The notes: generated by a model not told the origin, from the sequence alone. Counted from the first letter of the stretch, positions 28,805 to 39,411 are shown. The stretch is 64,000 nucleotides of DNA from Trueperaceae bacterium (GCA_965215565.1 CBDCDZ010000004.1:4128001-4192000); one strand, 5' to 3'. Translations and numbers: made by a program.

Positions 28805-29654
28805 GACTGCCTCCTTGAAGGACGTACTGCACCTCAGTGCGAAAGCGGCTGGTGTCATTCGTTTCTCCATGTCCAACGAAATAGACCTCTCGCTTCTGTC
28901 CTAGCCCTCGCCCCGCCTCCAGCGCCCAAGCGCGAACGGTGCGAGACGCTAAGTGCAGCGGCTCATACGGGCCGATATGGAGGGTATAGGCGAGCGTGGC
29001 GGCGGGTAGGAGGGCGGCGGCGAACGGTGCGGGCGGCTCCAAGAGGTCTTCCGTCGGCACGCAGAAGTCTACTGTGAAGCGCCACGGTGAGGCGTCCGAC
29101 CAGTCCAGGTGGCGCTCACAGTCTCCCCCGAGGGGTAAGAGGAAGGGCGGCACGGCGAGCCCTAACCCGCGTTCGCGCAGCACCTCTTCTATCTTCTCAA
29201 ACGCCCGTTTCCGCGCTCCGCCAATCTTGGCGAGTGAGGTCTCTTCGCGCAGATAGATGTAGGGCTGCGCCGAGACCTCTTTCGCCTTGACTTGATAAGG
29301 GAAAATCTCGCAAGTTTGAAGCGCGTCTAAGGTCACGAGGGCTTCTCGGTACTTAGCGATGCGCTCCTCAACTGAGCGGCGTTGACGCGCGATGAGGTCA
29401 TGCAAGGTGGCGGGGCTTTCGGCGTCAAAAACGCACTGGATATCGTTTAAGGGAACCTCTAGCGCCCTCAACAACCGTATCTGCTCGGCTTGAACGGTTT
29501 GCTCGCGTCGGTAGTAGCGGTAGCCCGTCTCCGGGTCTACCTGCGCAGGGCGCAAGAGCCCGACCTCATCGTAAAAGCGGAGGGTGCTTCTAGTCAGTCC
29601 CGTGGTCTTGGCGAAGTGTCCTATGGGGACGAGGGTGTTCGCGCTTTTGCTCAT
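28797..29654 (-). CDS. MerR family regulator with C-terminal GyrI-like effector domain
   Basis: IGHFAKTTGLTRSTLRFYDEVGLLRPAQVDPETGYRYY; HIGPYE and REVY..G motifs. Confidence 0.88.
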   Translation of the reverse strand: MSKSANTLVPIGHFAKTTGLTRSTLRFYDEVGLLRPAQVDPETGYRYYRREQTVQAEQIRLLRALEVPLNDIQCVFDAESPATLHDLIARQRRSVEERIAKYREALVTLDALQTCEIFPYQVKAKEVSAQPYIYLREETSLAKIGGARKRAFEKIEEVLRERGLGLAVPPFLLPLGGDCERHLDWSDASPWRFTVDFCVPTEDLLEPPAPFAAALLPAATLAYTLHIGPYEPLHLASRTVRAWALEAGRGLGQKREVYFVGHGETNDTSRFRTEVQYVLQGGSHG

Positions 29655-29662
29655 TAACTTAT

Positions 29663-29693
29663 AGTCTAAAGTCTCAGGTGGCTTGAAGGTCAA
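29663..29693 (-). promoter_or_regulatory. MerR-type promoter with 19-bp spacer
   Basis: TTGACC-19-TAGACT on the minus strand, with a partial dyad CTTCAAG-CCAC-CTGAG in the spacer. Confidence 0.7.
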
Positions 29694-29777
29694 GCCCGCG
29701 AAACGAGGTGAAGGTGATGCCATAGCACTTCCACAACATACTGAGACAGATGAGCGCAGATCTCTGTCCGTAAGGAC

Positions 29778-29860
29778 TAGCGGGATTTCATCTCAGAATG
29801 TGCGTTCTAAACGATGTTCTCTACAGTGGGAGTGTCTCCAACCAGATGATACCTGCTATA
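29778..29860. repeat. ~80-bp MITE/REP-like element, copy D
   Basis: TCATCTCAGAATGTGCGTTCTAAACG...GAGTGTCTCCAACCAGATGATACCTGCTATA. Confidence 0.8.
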
Positions 29861-30049
29861 AACTTCCTCATAGCGCTGCTCGTGCGCCAAGCGGACGAAC
29901 TCTTTTTAGCTCGTCGCGCGTAGGTTGTCAGCGACGGTCATCGGAGATGCCTGCGCCAATCGTGCCCTCGAGACCGGGATGCAGGGCGTACCCGAGATAG
30001 TCGGCAATGTGGACTCAAACTTGGACTCAAATCAGGGACATTCGTCTCG

Positions 30050-30078
30050 TTGACACTCTTTAGCGGGGTTGTTATGCT
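30050..30078 (+). promoter_or_regulatory. Promoter of the V/A-ATPase operon
   Basis: TTGACA-17-TATGCT with an extended TG. Confidence 0.65.
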
Positions 30079-30299
30079 TATCGCTGCAAAGCGCGGTTGG
30101 TTAGGTGCACGTAACTGTAACCTCGCGTTTTTTTATGCCCCATTCGGTACCTGTGTACGCACTGTTTACTCTACCTGGGCAGTCTGCGCATTCGGCTCGT
30201 CACTTTCGTGTAGAGTTGGGGGCGTGTCTGCACATGTTTGTACAGGCTAAGCTATCCGGGGTAAATCAGTTGGTTTTAGTGTAGAGGGAGGAGGACCGG

Positions 30300-30620
30300 T
30301 TGGAAGCCCAGGGCGAAAAACTTTTGCAGGACTTGGTTTCGCAAGAGCAAACCCTAATTGGCAAGGTCGAGGACGCGAAGCGGCAAGCGGAGCAAATCGT
30401 CCAGGAGGCCCAGGAGAAAGCCTCACAGATCAAAGCCGAAGCGCGGCAAGAGGCGGATAAAAAGGCCGAAGAGCAGCGCGAGGCAGCCCGCGCTGAGAGC
30501 GAAGAGGCGCGGCAAGAGGTCTTAAAAGAGGCGCGGCGAGGTGTAGAAACTACCGAGTCGCAAGCGGAAAAGAATAGAGGCGAAGCGGTGAAGCGCGTCA
30601 AAGAGCAGGTGCTGCCATGA
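30300..30620 (+). CDS. V/A-type ATP synthase subunit G/H
   Basis: Ala/Glu-rich coiled coil; first gene of the operon; GGAGG RBS and TTG start. Confidence 0.8.
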   Translation: MEAQGEKLLQDLVSQEQTLIGKVEDAKRQAEQIVQEAQEKASQIKAEARQEADKKAEEQREAARAESEEARQEVLKEARRGVETTESQAEKNRGEAVKRVKEQVLP

Positions 30621-32611
30621 TCGCGACGATGGACCGGCTACTGATCGTTGGGCGTAAAAGCATCGCCAAAGACCTCTTGACGAGCTTGCAGAGCCTGGGC
30701 GTCGTGCAGGTGGTGCCTCTGGAGGGCGAGGAGTTGAGCCGCTTCGAACTCAAAGAGGGCGACCAAAAAGCGAAGGACAACTGGGACGGCGTGGTCTCGA
30801 GGAGCGAGTCTCTCATCGACACGCTCTCTATTGAGCGTGAGGCGAGCAGCAAGGGTGAAGTTCCGAATAGCCTCACCGAGATTCAGTCGTATCTGAGTGA
30901 CTTGGGCGGCCAGACGGACACCCTCGTCGCTGAGCGCGGCGAGATTCGCGACGAACTCGACCTCATCAACACGTACTTGCCGCTCTTTAGAGAACTCGCG
31001 CCGGAGTTAGCGCAGCTCGAGGGCAGCCGCTACCTCTACGGCAGCGCGTTTTTAGCGCCGGACGAGGACACGCTTAAAGAGGCGCGCGACTCCCTCAACG
31101 AGTCCTTAGAGGACCGCTTCGAGATGTCGAGCAAGTCCTTCCGCAGCGAGCGCCTAGCGGTGGTTGCCGTGCTCAAAGACGACAAGAACGAACTTGCGGC
31201 GGCGCTCAACCGCGTCGGCTTAGCCGAGCTTAAACTGCCTGAGCGCTACGAGGGGCACGGCTTCGCCAAGGCTGTTCACGTGATGGAAGAGCGCTCACAG
31301 ACGCTGCCCAAGCGCCTCAAGACCATCCAGAGCGATTTGGGGCATCTCGCGAAAGTTCACGGCGCGAAGCTTAAAGCGCTCCACCAGGTCGCCATCAACT
31401 ACCAGAGCCGCTATCACACATTGGGCGACTTAGCGGGCGGACGTTACAGCTTCGCGCTGCAAGGCTGGGTCCCTTCCGAGGACCGCCGCCGCGTGGTGAG
31501 CGCGTTGGAGAAGCAGTTCGGCGAGGACATCGTCGCCGAGTCGCGCAAGGCGGACGAGCATCACGACAAGAGCATCCCGGTTAAGCTCGAGAACCCCGGC
31601 TGGATCAGCCCCTTCGAGGGGTTGTTGTCGCTCTTCAGCCCGCCCAAGTACGGCTACTTCGATCCGAGTTGGACCCTGGCCGTCTTCTTCCCGCTCTTTT
31701 TCGGGTTGGTCGTTGGCGACATCGGTTTCGGCTTGGCCTTTTTAGCGCTCGGACTGTGGTTCCGCTCGAGGGGTAAAAAGGGCAACGCGCTCAGTTTAGG
31801 ACCTTTAGGCATCACCATCTCACCGAGTGCGCTGCCGCCGATCGGCACGGTCATCAATTGGTGCGCGGCGTGGAGCATCGCCTTCGGCTTTATCTACGGT
31901 GAGTTTTTCGGCAACGCCTTGGAGCGAATCTACATCTTTGGCGGCAAGCCGATTTTCTACACACCCTTGCACCACGAAGAGGGGTACGGTTGGATTCCCA
32001 TTCTGCTCTTCCGCGTGGAGCAAACCACACCGCTGCTATTAGCGTCTATCGGCTTCGGCGTCTTCCAGGTGCTGCTCGGTTGGGGACTGCGTACCTACTA
32101 CGGCGTCAAGCATGGCGACTCGCATCACACGTGGGAAGGCATCGGCATGTTCTTCGGTTTGGCGGCGACGGTTGTTTTTTCCTACGCCTTTCTCACCGAC
32201 AATTTGCAGGGCAACGCCTTCGTACTCTTTTTCGTGGCGCTAGGCTTCGCAATCTTTTTGCTAGGCGTCGTGATGGCGCGAATGCCGCTGATGCTCGTGG
32301 AACTGATTTCCAACTCGGGCAATATCCTCTCTTACCTGCGACTTTTTGCGGTGGGTTTATCTGCTGCGCTCGTTGCCAACCTCGCAACCGATGTAGGTTT
32401 CGCCTTGAACGGCGTCGCGCCCATCATCGGACCGATTCTGGGCATTATCGCGGCGCTCTTTGTGCATACTGTCGCGATTGCGCTTACGATCATCGGTCAC
32501 ACGCTGCAACCCTTACGTCTTCACTACGTCGAATTCTTTACCAAATTCGGCTTTTACGAAGAAAACGGACGTCCGTACAATCCATTTAGACTCTTTGGAG
32601 GAAAAGCATGA
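30617..32611 (+). CDS. atpI: V/A-type ATP synthase subunit I (a)
   Basis: LQGWVP, GDIGFG, YGEFFG, LSYLRLFAVGL and LRLHYVEFF motifs. Confidence 0.93.
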   Translation: MIATMDRLLIVGRKSIAKDLLTSLQSLGVVQVVPLEGEELSRFELKEGDQKAKDNWDGVVSRSESLIDTLSIEREASSKGEVPNSLTEIQSYLSDLGGQTDTLVAERGEIRDELDLINTYLPLFRELAPELAQLEGSRYLYGSAFLAPDEDTLKEARDSLNESLEDRFEMSSKSFRSERLAVVAVLKDDKNELAAALNRVGLAELKLPERYEGHGFAKAVHVMEERSQTLPKRLKTIQSDLGHLAKVHGAKLKALHQVAINYQSRYHTLGDLAGGRYSFALQGWVPSEDRRRVVSALEKQFGEDIVAESRKADEHHDKSIPVKLENPGWISPFEGLLSLFSPPKYGYFDPSWTLAVFFPLFFGLVVGDIGFGLAFLALGLWFRSRGKKGNALSLGPLGITISPSALPPIGTVINWCAAWSIAFGFIYGEFFGNALERIYIFGGKPIFYTPLHHEEGYGWIPILLFRVEQTTPLLLASIGFGVFQVLLGWGLRTYYGVKHGDSHHTWEGIGMFFGLAATVVFSYAFLTDNLQGNAFVLFFVALGFAIFLLGVVMARMPLMLVELISNSGNILSYLRLFAVGLSAALVANLATDVGFALNGVAPIIGPILGIIAALFVHTVAIALTIIGHTLQPLRLHYVEFFTKFGFYEENGRPYNPFRLFGGKA

Positions 32612-32922
32612 TTAAGAAACTTTTATCCGTACTCGCCTTTATGCTCGTTGCAGGACTCGTCTTCGCCCAAGAAGGGGGCGGTGGTGGCGGCGGTGCCAGC
32701 ATCGGTGACGGTCTTTTAGCCATCGGCGCGTCGCTCGCCATCGGTCTCGGAGCCATCGGCGTCGGTATCGCACAAGCCTCAATCGGTAGCGCAGGCGCAG
32801 GCACGCTCGCGGAGCGCCCCGAAGCATTCGGTCAGATTCTCATCTACTTGGTTATTCCTGAAACCATCATCATTTTCGCCTTCGTCATCGCCTTCTTCTT
32901 GCAGGGTAACCTAGGGGGTTAA
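32608..32922 (+). CDS. atpK: V/A-type ATP synthase proteolipid subunit K (c)
   Basis: Signal-like N-terminus, GxxxG-rich helix and IPET ion-binding Glu. Confidence 0.92.
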   Translation: MIKKLLSVLAFMLVAGLVFAQEGGGGGGGASIGDGLLAIGASLAIGLGAIGVGIAQASIGSAGAGTLAERPEAFGQILIYLVIPETIIIFAFVIAFFLQGNLGG

Positions 32923-32924
32923 GT

Positions 32925-33548
32925 GTGGCGAATCTTTCTGCTCTGCTCGAGAAAGAAGCAGGCGCGGAGATCGAGTCCATTCTCTCCGAGGCGCGTGAAC
33001 GTGCCTCGGAGATTGTCTCTCAGGCTGAGGACGAAGCCGAGTCGATTCGGGCGCAAAAAGAGCGCGCCGCGTCGTCGCAGAGTGAAGCTGTCAAGGTGCG
33101 CGGGCGCAGCTCGGCGCAGTTAGAGGCTTCCTCCATGCGGCTCAAGGCGCAGCACCGCGCCGTCGAGTCGGTCTTCGATCAGGTTGAGCAGGACCTCCGC
33201 GACCTCACTCAAGATGACAAGCGCTACAAACCTGTGTTGACCTCTTTGCTTGAAGAGGTGGTTGAGTCCTTAGGTGGTAGTGACAACATCTCCAAGCTTT
33301 ACGTCAACCCAAACGACCAAAAACACATTAGTGATGCGGCGAAAAAGCATGGCTTAGCCGACAAGATAGAAACCGACGAGTCCGTCGAGGGCGGCGTCAA
33401 AGTTCGCTCGACTAAAGCGAGTGCGACGGTGGAGAATAGCCTCTTCGATAGGTTGGAAGCTGCTAAAGACGACCTCGCCTCGGAAGTCTCCAAGGTTCTC
33501 TTCTTTGACGGAAATAGCAATAGTAGCGATGATACCGAGGGGCAATAA
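32925..33548 (+). CDS. atpE: V/A-type ATP synthase subunit E
   Basis: N-terminal coiled coil, GGV..VENSLFDRL motif and operon position. Confidence 0.88.
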   Translation: MANLSALLEKEAGAEIESILSEARERASEIVSQAEDEAESIRAQKERAASSQSEAVKVRGRSSAQLEASSMRLKAQHRAVESVFDQVEQDLRDLTQDDKRYKPVLTSLLEEVVESLGGSDNISKLYVNPNDQKHISDAAKKHGLADKIETDESVEGGVKVRSTKASATVENSLFDRLEAAKDDLASEVSKVLFFDGNSNSSDDTEGQ

Positions 33549-34570
33549 TGCCCTCGGATTACGGCTACATCAACGCGCGGGTGCGCGGGCTCAAGGCGAA
33601 GCTCTTGGGTGACGACTTCTACGCGGACGCCCTCAACGCTTCGGGGTTTGACGCCTTTATGAGTTCGCTCGGTCAGTCGCCCTACAGCAGCGAGGTGGAG
33701 GAGGCGCAGTCGCAATACAGTGGGCTGCGCGTGGTAGATACGGCTTTAGCTCGCAACTTCCGCAACATCACCCGCACCATCCTCAACTTCTCGGACGGCG
33801 CTCCCGAGCGGCTTATCGCGACCTTTTTGCTGCGCTACGACCTGCAAAACCTCAAAGCGATCGCGCGGGCGAAGCATTCGGGGCGCGAGGCGGAGGACAT
33901 CAAGTCGGCGCTCGTCCCGGCGGGCGAACTCAAACCGGCGGTCCTGAACAACATCGCCGAAGCTGCGGACTTGCCCGCGGCGGCGCAAGCGTTGGCGATT
34001 ACGGGGCACCCGCTCTCCAAGGCGTTCACCAAAGCCGTTGGGCAATACAGCTCAGACGGCGACCTCTTCGAATTCGAACTCGCCCTAGACCGCGCCTACT
34101 ACGCTGCACTCTTCGAGGCGCTAGACGAGAACCCGCATTCAGACATGCTGACGCGGCACATCCAGCGCGAGGTGGACGCGGCGAACATCCGCACCGCCCT
34201 CAAGATGCAGAGCGCAGTGGGCGACGCCGACGCGGATAAGCTCTACCTCTCGGACGGCAAAGAGGTCAGCCGAGGGATGTTCGACACGCTCCTCTCCGGC
34301 GACATGCAGCCTCTCTCTAACACGAGTTTCAGCGACGTTGCCGAGACGGATAACCTCAGCAAAGCCGAAGAGGTCGTGCGGGGCAGTCTGGACAAGAGCG
34401 CCCGCAAGCTCTACTTGAGCAACCCCTTGGGTATCGGCGTGGTGCTCTACTACCTGCGGCTCAAAGAGCAGGAGACCTCGAGACTCCGTCTCGTCGCTAG
34501 GGGCAAGTACTACAACGTGCCGCGCGAATCGCTCGAGCGCGAACTCGGCAAGGAGGTAGGCCGTGGCTAA
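33548..34570 (+). CDS. atpC: V/A-type ATP synthase subunit C (d)
   Basis: YGYINARVRG, RYDLQNLK and LRLVARG motifs. Confidence 0.9.
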   Translation: MPSDYGYINARVRGLKAKLLGDDFYADALNASGFDAFMSSLGQSPYSSEVEEAQSQYSGLRVVDTALARNFRNITRTILNFSDGAPERLIATFLLRYDLQNLKAIARAKHSGREAEDIKSALVPAGELKPAVLNNIAEAADLPAAAQALAITGHPLSKAFTKAVGQYSSDGDLFEFELALDRAYYAALFEALDENPHSDMLTRHIQREVDAANIRTALKMQSAVGDADADKLYLSDGKEVSRGMFDTLLSGDMQPLSNTSFSDVAETDNLSKAEEVVRGSLDKSARKLYLSNPLGIGVVLYYLRLKEQETSRLRLVARGKYYNVPRESLERELGKEVGRG

Positions 34571-34889
34571 GATGCTCATCTTAACCGACAGCGAGACCGC
34601 CACCGGCTTCCGTTTGGCGGGTGTTGAAGTGCTCGAGGCGGACCAAGAGGGCGCGCAAGAGGCGCTAGAAAGTGCCATCGAGTCCGAAGACTACGGTCTC
34701 GTCGCGGTGGACCAGGGGCTCATCCCCGAGCCGAATAAAGCCGCGTCACGTGTCATGCGCGGGCGCGAGTTGCCTGTCTTGCTCTCCATGCCCAGCTTAG
34801 GTGCAGCCTTCGACGAGGACGAAGACCCGAAAGACTACATGAAGTCGCTCGTGCGGAGTGCGATTGGGTTTGATATTAAGTTGGAGTGA
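34563..34889 (+). CDS. atpF: V/A-type ATP synthase subunit F
   Basis: DSETATGFRLAGV...VRSAIGFDIKL. Confidence 0.92.
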   Translation: MAKMLILTDSETATGFRLAGVEVLEADQEGAQEALESAIESEDYGLVAVDQGLIPEPNKAASRVMRGRELPVLLSMPSLGAAFDEDEDPKDYMKSLVRSAIGFDIKLE

Positions 34890-34914
34890 TAAGGAAAGAG
34901 TCGTTAAGTATGTG

Positions 34915-34996
34915 CGTAGCGAGAGAATCCCCGCATTCGCTTCTCCCCTCGCCGAGTTTGCGAGGCGAGACCCTTCACCTAAAGGTTCAGGGTGAC
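34915..34996. repeat. REP/REPIN-like repeat, family 2, copy 2 (partial)
   Basis: GCGAGAGAATCCCCGCATTCGCTTCTCC...CGAGACCCTT...CAGGGTGACA. Confidence 0.65.
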
Positions 34997-35128
34997 ACGG
35001 CGGTTTACATATACTTCATGACATACGACTACGATTATCACGCGCTAAAAGAGGTAGGCTAAGGGTCAAGCAACGCGCCCTTAGCCGTCCATCTAAATTC
35101 TAGTTACACCTCTACAGAGGAGGCAACA

Positions 35129-36868
35129 ATGGCCATCGAAGGAACAGTTCAGCGCATCTCGGGTCCGGCGGTTATCGCCAAGGGGATGATGGGCGCACGC
35201 ATGTTCGACATCGTGCGCGTCGGCGAGGAGCAGCTCGTCGGGGAGATCATCCGCTTGGACGGCAACACCGCCTTTGTGCAGGTTTACGAGGACACGGGCG
35301 GGCTCCAGGTCGGCGAAGCCGTCGTCTCGACGGGGCTACCGCTCGCCGTCGAACTCGGACCGGGGATGCTCAACGGCATCTTCGACGGGATTCAGCGCCC
35401 GTTAGATAAAATTAACGAGCAGTCGGGCACGTACATCGAGCGCGGTATCGTGGTGAATTCGCTCTCGAGGGAGAACAAATGGGAGTTCACCCCTGAAGTC
35501 TCCGAAGGTGACGAAGTCGAAGCGGGTCAGATTTTAGGCACTGTCCCTGAGTTCTCCTTTACGCACAAGATCATGGTTCCGCCCGATAAGAAGGGCAAGA
35601 TCAAGTCCATCGCTAAAAAAGGCGAGTACACCGTCGATGAGGTCATTGCGACCTTAGAAGACGGCACCGAACTCATGCTCTACCACCCCTGGCCCGTACG
35701 CCAAGCGCGTCCGGTCGCCAAGAAGCTCGACCCTGTCACGCCCTTCTTGACCGGGATGCGCATCTTAGACGTGCTCTTCCCCTTAACGATGGGCGGCACG
35801 GCGGCGATTCCGGGACCGTTCGGCTCGGGTAAAACCGTCACGCAGCAGTCGATTGCGAAGTTCGGCAACGCGGACATCGTCGTGTATGTGGGCTGCGGCG
35901 AGCGCGGCAACGAGATGACGGACGTGCTTGTGGAGTTCCCTGAGTTGGAGGACCCCACCTCGGGCAACCCGCTCATGGAGCGCACCGTCCTTATCGCGAA
36001 CACCTCGAACATGCCGGTGGCAGCGCGTGAAGCCTCAATTTACACGGGTATCACCCTAGCCGAATACTTCCGCGACCAGGGCTACCGCGTCTCGGTCATG
36101 GCGGACTCGACCTCCCGCTGGGCTGAGGCACTCCGCGAAATTTCCTCACGCTTGGAAGAGATGCCCGCCGAAGAGGGCTACCCGCCCTACCTCTCCTCAC
36201 GTCTCTCCGCCTTCTACGAGCGCGGCGGACGTGTCACGACCTTGGCCGACGAGCAGGGCGCAGTTTCCATCATCGGCGCGGTTTCGCCCGCTGGCGGTGA
36301 CTTCTCGGAGCCCGTCACGCAGTCTACCTTGCGCATTACGGGCTGCTTCTGGGCGCTCGATGCGTCCTTAGCGCGCCGCCGTCACTTCCCCGCCATCAAC
36401 TGGAACCGCTCGTACTCGCTCTTTACAGACATATTGGAGGATTGGTACCGCGAGAACGTCGCCGAGGACTTCCCCGAGCTAAGGGATCGCGCCGTCAACC
36501 TCTTGCAGCGCGAATCCGACCTACAAGAAGTCGTGCAGCTCGTCGGTCCCGATGCGCTCCAAGACCAAGAGCGCCTCATCGTCGAGGTAGGCCGCATCAT
36601 TCGCCAAGACTTCTTGCAGCAGAACGGCTTCGACGAGGTCGACGCCTCGTGCTCGCTCGGCAAGGCGCACGGGATGTTGGAAATGATGATCAAGTTCAAC
36701 GACACCGCCCGCAAAGCCATCGAAGAGGGCGCAACCGTAGACGACATCTTGAACGCTGACGTGATCGAGAAACTCAACCGCGCACGCTACGTGCCAGAAG
36801 ACGAGTTCGACGCTTATAAGGAAGAGACCTTAGAGCAACTCGATAACGCCTTTGCGGTGGCAGCCTAA
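35129..36868 (+). CDS. atpA: V/A-type ATP synthase subunit A
   Basis: [14 protein letters not shown] and [12 protein letters not shown] motifs. Confidence 0.97.
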   Translation: MAIEGTVQRISGPAVIAKGMMGARMFDIVRVGEEQLVGEIIRLDGNTAFVQVYEDTGGLQVGEAVVSTGLPLAVELGPGMLNGIFDGIQRPLDKINEQSGTYIERGIVVNSLSRENKWEFTPEVSEGDEVEAGQILGTVPEFSFTHKIMVPPDKKGKIKSIAKKGEYTVDEVIATLEDGTELMLYHPWPVRQARPVAKKLDPVTPFLTGMRILDVLFPLTMGGTAAIPGPFGSGKTVTQQSIAKFGNADIVVYVGCGERGNEMTDVLVEFPELEDPTSGNPLMERTVLIANTSNMPVAAREASIYTGITLAEYFRDQGYRVSVMADSTSRWAEALREISSRLEEMPAEEGYPPYLSSRLSAFYERGGRVTTLADEQGAVSIIGAVSPAGGDFSEPVTQSTLRITGCFWALDASLARRRHFPAINWNRSYSLFTDILEDWYRENVAEDFPELRDRAVNLLQRESDLQEVVQLVGPDALQDQERLIVEVGRIIRQDFLQQNGFDEVDASCSLGKAHGMLEMMIKFNDTARKAIEEGATVDDILNADVIEKLNRARYVPEDEFDAYKEETLEQLDNAFAVAA

Positions 36869-36882
36869 TAGAGGTAAATGCA

Positions 36883-36911
36883 GTAGGGGTGGGTTTGAAA
36901 CCCACCCCTAC
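36883..36911. repeat. GTAG-type REP palindrome
   Basis: GTAGGGGTGGGTTT-G-AAACCCACCCCTAC perfect inverted repeat. Confidence 0.75.
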
Positions 36912-36965
36912 GCCGCACACTCCCGCTAAGTGGAGCAACATAGATTCTAGGCTGAGGTTGAATCA

Positions 36966-37046
36966 CGCAAGTATCATCCTTCAACGTGCGAGCTAAAAAG
37001 TGCTTTATCTACTGAGAGCGTTCGTGACCAGATAATACCTGCTATA
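36966..37046. repeat. ~80-bp MITE/REP-like element, copy E
   Basis: CGCAAGTATCATCC...TGAGAGCG...ACCAGATAATACCTGCTATA. Confidence 0.75.
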
Positions 37047-37060
37047 CAAGGAGGATTGTA

Positions 37061-38518
37061 GTGGCTGTTTCAGACAAAACCACAGGCAACAACGGCGACA
37101 GCAAGCCGAAGAAGAAGCAATTCAAAAAGGAATACAGCGAAGTTTCGTATATCTCCGGACCGCTGATGTTCTTAGAAAACGCACCTGACCTCGCGTACAA
37201 CGCGATTGTCAACATCAAGGACGCCAATGGGCGCATCCGCGGCGGGCAAGTCATCGACGTATCTGAGAAGGTCACGACGCTTCAGGTCTTCGAAGACCCG
37301 CGCGGACTCGACCTGTCGTCGACCACCGTGACCCTCGTCGAGGACGTGGCGCGTTTAGGCGTCTCCAGAGAGATGATCGGACGCCGCTTCAACGGTATCG
37401 GCGAGCCGATTGACGGTCTGCCCGAAGTTGTCGCGGACAAGCGCGTGCCGATTGGCGGCGCACCGATTAACCCCGTCGCCCGCCAAAAGCCCGAGGAGTT
37501 CATCCAGACGGGCGTTTCGACCATCGACACGATGATTACCCTCGTGCGCGGTCAGAAGCTCCCTATCTTTTCCGGCTCGGGTCTCCCCGCGAACGAACTC
37601 GCCGCGCAAATTGCACGTCAGGCGAAGGTCATCGGGGAGGGCGAAGCGTCCGACTTCGCCGTTGTCTTCGCCGCGATGGGCGTGACGCAGCGCGAGATCA
37701 CCTTCTTCACGCAGGAGTTCGAGCGCACAGGCGCGTTGGCGCGTTCGGTCTTGTTCCTTAACAAAGCCGACGACCCCGCCGTCGAGCGCATCCTCACGCC
37801 GCGCATGGCGCTGACCGCTGCCGAATACCTCGCCTTCGAGCACGACTATCACGTCTTGGTCATCATGACCGATATGACGAACTACTGCGAGGCGCTCCGC
37901 GAAATCGGCGGTGCCCGTGAAGAGATTCCGGGACGTCGCGGCTACCCTGGCTACACCTACACCGACTTGGCGTCACTCTACGAGCGTGCAGGCGTTGTGG
38001 AAGGCAAAAAGGGCTCGGTCACGCAAATCCCGATCCTCTCCATGCCCGATGACGACGTGACGCACCCTATCCCCGACTTGACGGGCTACATCACCGAGGG
38101 TCAAATTTACTTAGGGCGCGACCTGCACACGCAGGGCTACTATCCTCCCATCAACCCCGGTCCCAGCCTGTCACGCCTGATGAACAACGGCATCGGCGAG
38201 GGCAAGACTCGCAAAGACCACAAAAACATCGCCGACCAACTCCAAGCCGCCTACGCGAACGCGCTCGACTTGCGCCGCCTGGTTGCGATTACAGGTGAGG
38301 ACGCGCTGTCCGAGAACGACAAGAAGTACTTGGAGTTCGGCGACAACTTCGAGGAGAAGTTCATCAGCCAGGGCTCCGAGGACAGAAGCATCGAAGAGTC
38401 GTTGAACATCGCTTGGACGACGCTTTCTGTACTCCCTCAGAGCGAGCTGACCCGCTTGAGCCGTGACCAAATTGATAAATATTACGGCGCGAAGATGGAT
38501 GAGTTGTGGGGGAGCTGA
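37061..38518 (+). CDS. atpB: V/A-type ATP synthase subunit B
   Basis: [20 protein letters not shown] and [14 protein letters not shown] motifs. Confidence 0.97.
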   Translation: MAVSDKTTGNNGDSKPKKKQFKKEYSEVSYISGPLMFLENAPDLAYNAIVNIKDANGRIRGGQVIDVSEKVTTLQVFEDPRGLDLSSTTVTLVEDVARLGVSREMIGRRFNGIGEPIDGLPEVVADKRVPIGGAPINPVARQKPEEFIQTGVSTIDTMITLVRGQKLPIFSGSGLPANELAAQIARQAKVIGEGEASDFAVVFAAMGVTQREITFFTQEFERTGALARSVLFLNKADDPAVERILTPRMALTAAEYLAFEHDYHVLVIMTDMTNYCEALREIGGAREEIPGRRGYPGYTYTDLASLYERAGVVEGKKGSVTQIPILSMPDDDVTHPIPDLTGYITEGQIYLGRDLHTQGYYPPINPGPSLSRLMNNGIGEGKTRKDHKNIADQLQAAYANALDLRRLVAITGEDALSENDKKYLEFGDNFEEKFISQGSEDRSIEESLNIAWTTLSVLPQSELTRLSRDQIDKYYGAKMDELWGS

Positions 38519-38599
38519 GCGATTAGCTATTAGCCGTTAGGGTTTAGCTAAGCGCTAAAAGCTAACAGCTAACAGCTAGTTGCTCCGAAAGGAGCTGCT

Positions 38600-39319
38600 A
38601 TGGCTGAAAACATCGCCCCAACCCGCTCGAACCTGCTCCAGCAGCGCGACCAGCTCGACCTGGCGAACAAGGGTGCTGACCTCTTGAAGCGCAAGCGCGA
38701 CGCGCTCATCTCTGAGTTCTTTGACCTCGTCAAAGAGTCTTTGGAGGCGCGGCGCTCTTTAAGTGAAACGAGCAAAGAGGCGTACTTTAGCCTCTTTCTC
38801 GCCAAAGCCTGGGACGGTCCCGAGGCGGTTGAGGGACTTAGCTTAGCGAAGCAGTCAGGCTTAGAGGTGGATATCAAGATTGAAAATATCTTCGGCGTCA
38901 AGGTGCCCCAGGTTCAACCGCCCGACTTCGACCGCGAATTGCCCTTTTCGCCCATCGGCGCGGGCGCACGCACGCTAGACAGCGCAGCGCAGTTTCGCGA
39001 ACTCACCGAAGCGCTCGTCAAGGTTGCCTCGACGGAGACGAGGCTTAGACGCATCGGCGAAGAGATCAAAAAGACCTCGCGCCGCGTGAACGCTTTGGAG
39101 CAGATCGTGGTGCCGCGCATCAAGCAGCGCATCAAGAATATTCAGAGCGTCTTAGACCAGCGTGCTTTAGAAGAGATTACCGTCTTGAAACGCATCAAGG
39201 CGAAGCTCGAGGCCCGCGAAGAAGAGGATGAAGACGAAGACAAGCAAGATAGCGAACAGCAGAGCAAAAGCGAAGTCAAGCGTTCAGAGAAGGAAACGAC
39301 GCAAAGCGCCTCTGCCTAA
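38600..39319 (+). CDS. atpD: V/A-type ATP synthase subunit D
   Basis: PTRSNL, LLKRKRDAL and KTSRRVNALE motifs. Confidence 0.95.
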   Translation: MAENIAPTRSNLLQQRDQLDLANKGADLLKRKRDALISEFFDLVKESLEARRSLSETSKEAYFSLFLAKAWDGPEAVEGLSLAKQSGLEVDIKIENIFGVKVPQVQPPDFDRELPFSPIGAGARTLDSAAQFRELTEALVKVASTETRLRRIGEEIKKTSRRVNALEQIVVPRIKQRIKNIQSVLDQRALEEITVLKRIKAKLEAREEEDEDEDKQDSEQQSKSEVKRSEKETTQSASA

Positions 39320-39338
39320 ACTGTACACCGCTCACACG

Positions 39339-39368
39339 TCCCCACATTCCGCAACGAGGATGTGGGGA
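39339..39368 (+). terminator. Probable terminator after the ATPase operon
   Basis: TCCCCACATTC...GGATGTGGGGA followed by TTCTT. Confidence 0.6.
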
Positions 39369-39411
39369 TTCTTATGTCGTGCGGGGTTCAGGGCGACTTA
39401 TACTCACAGAG

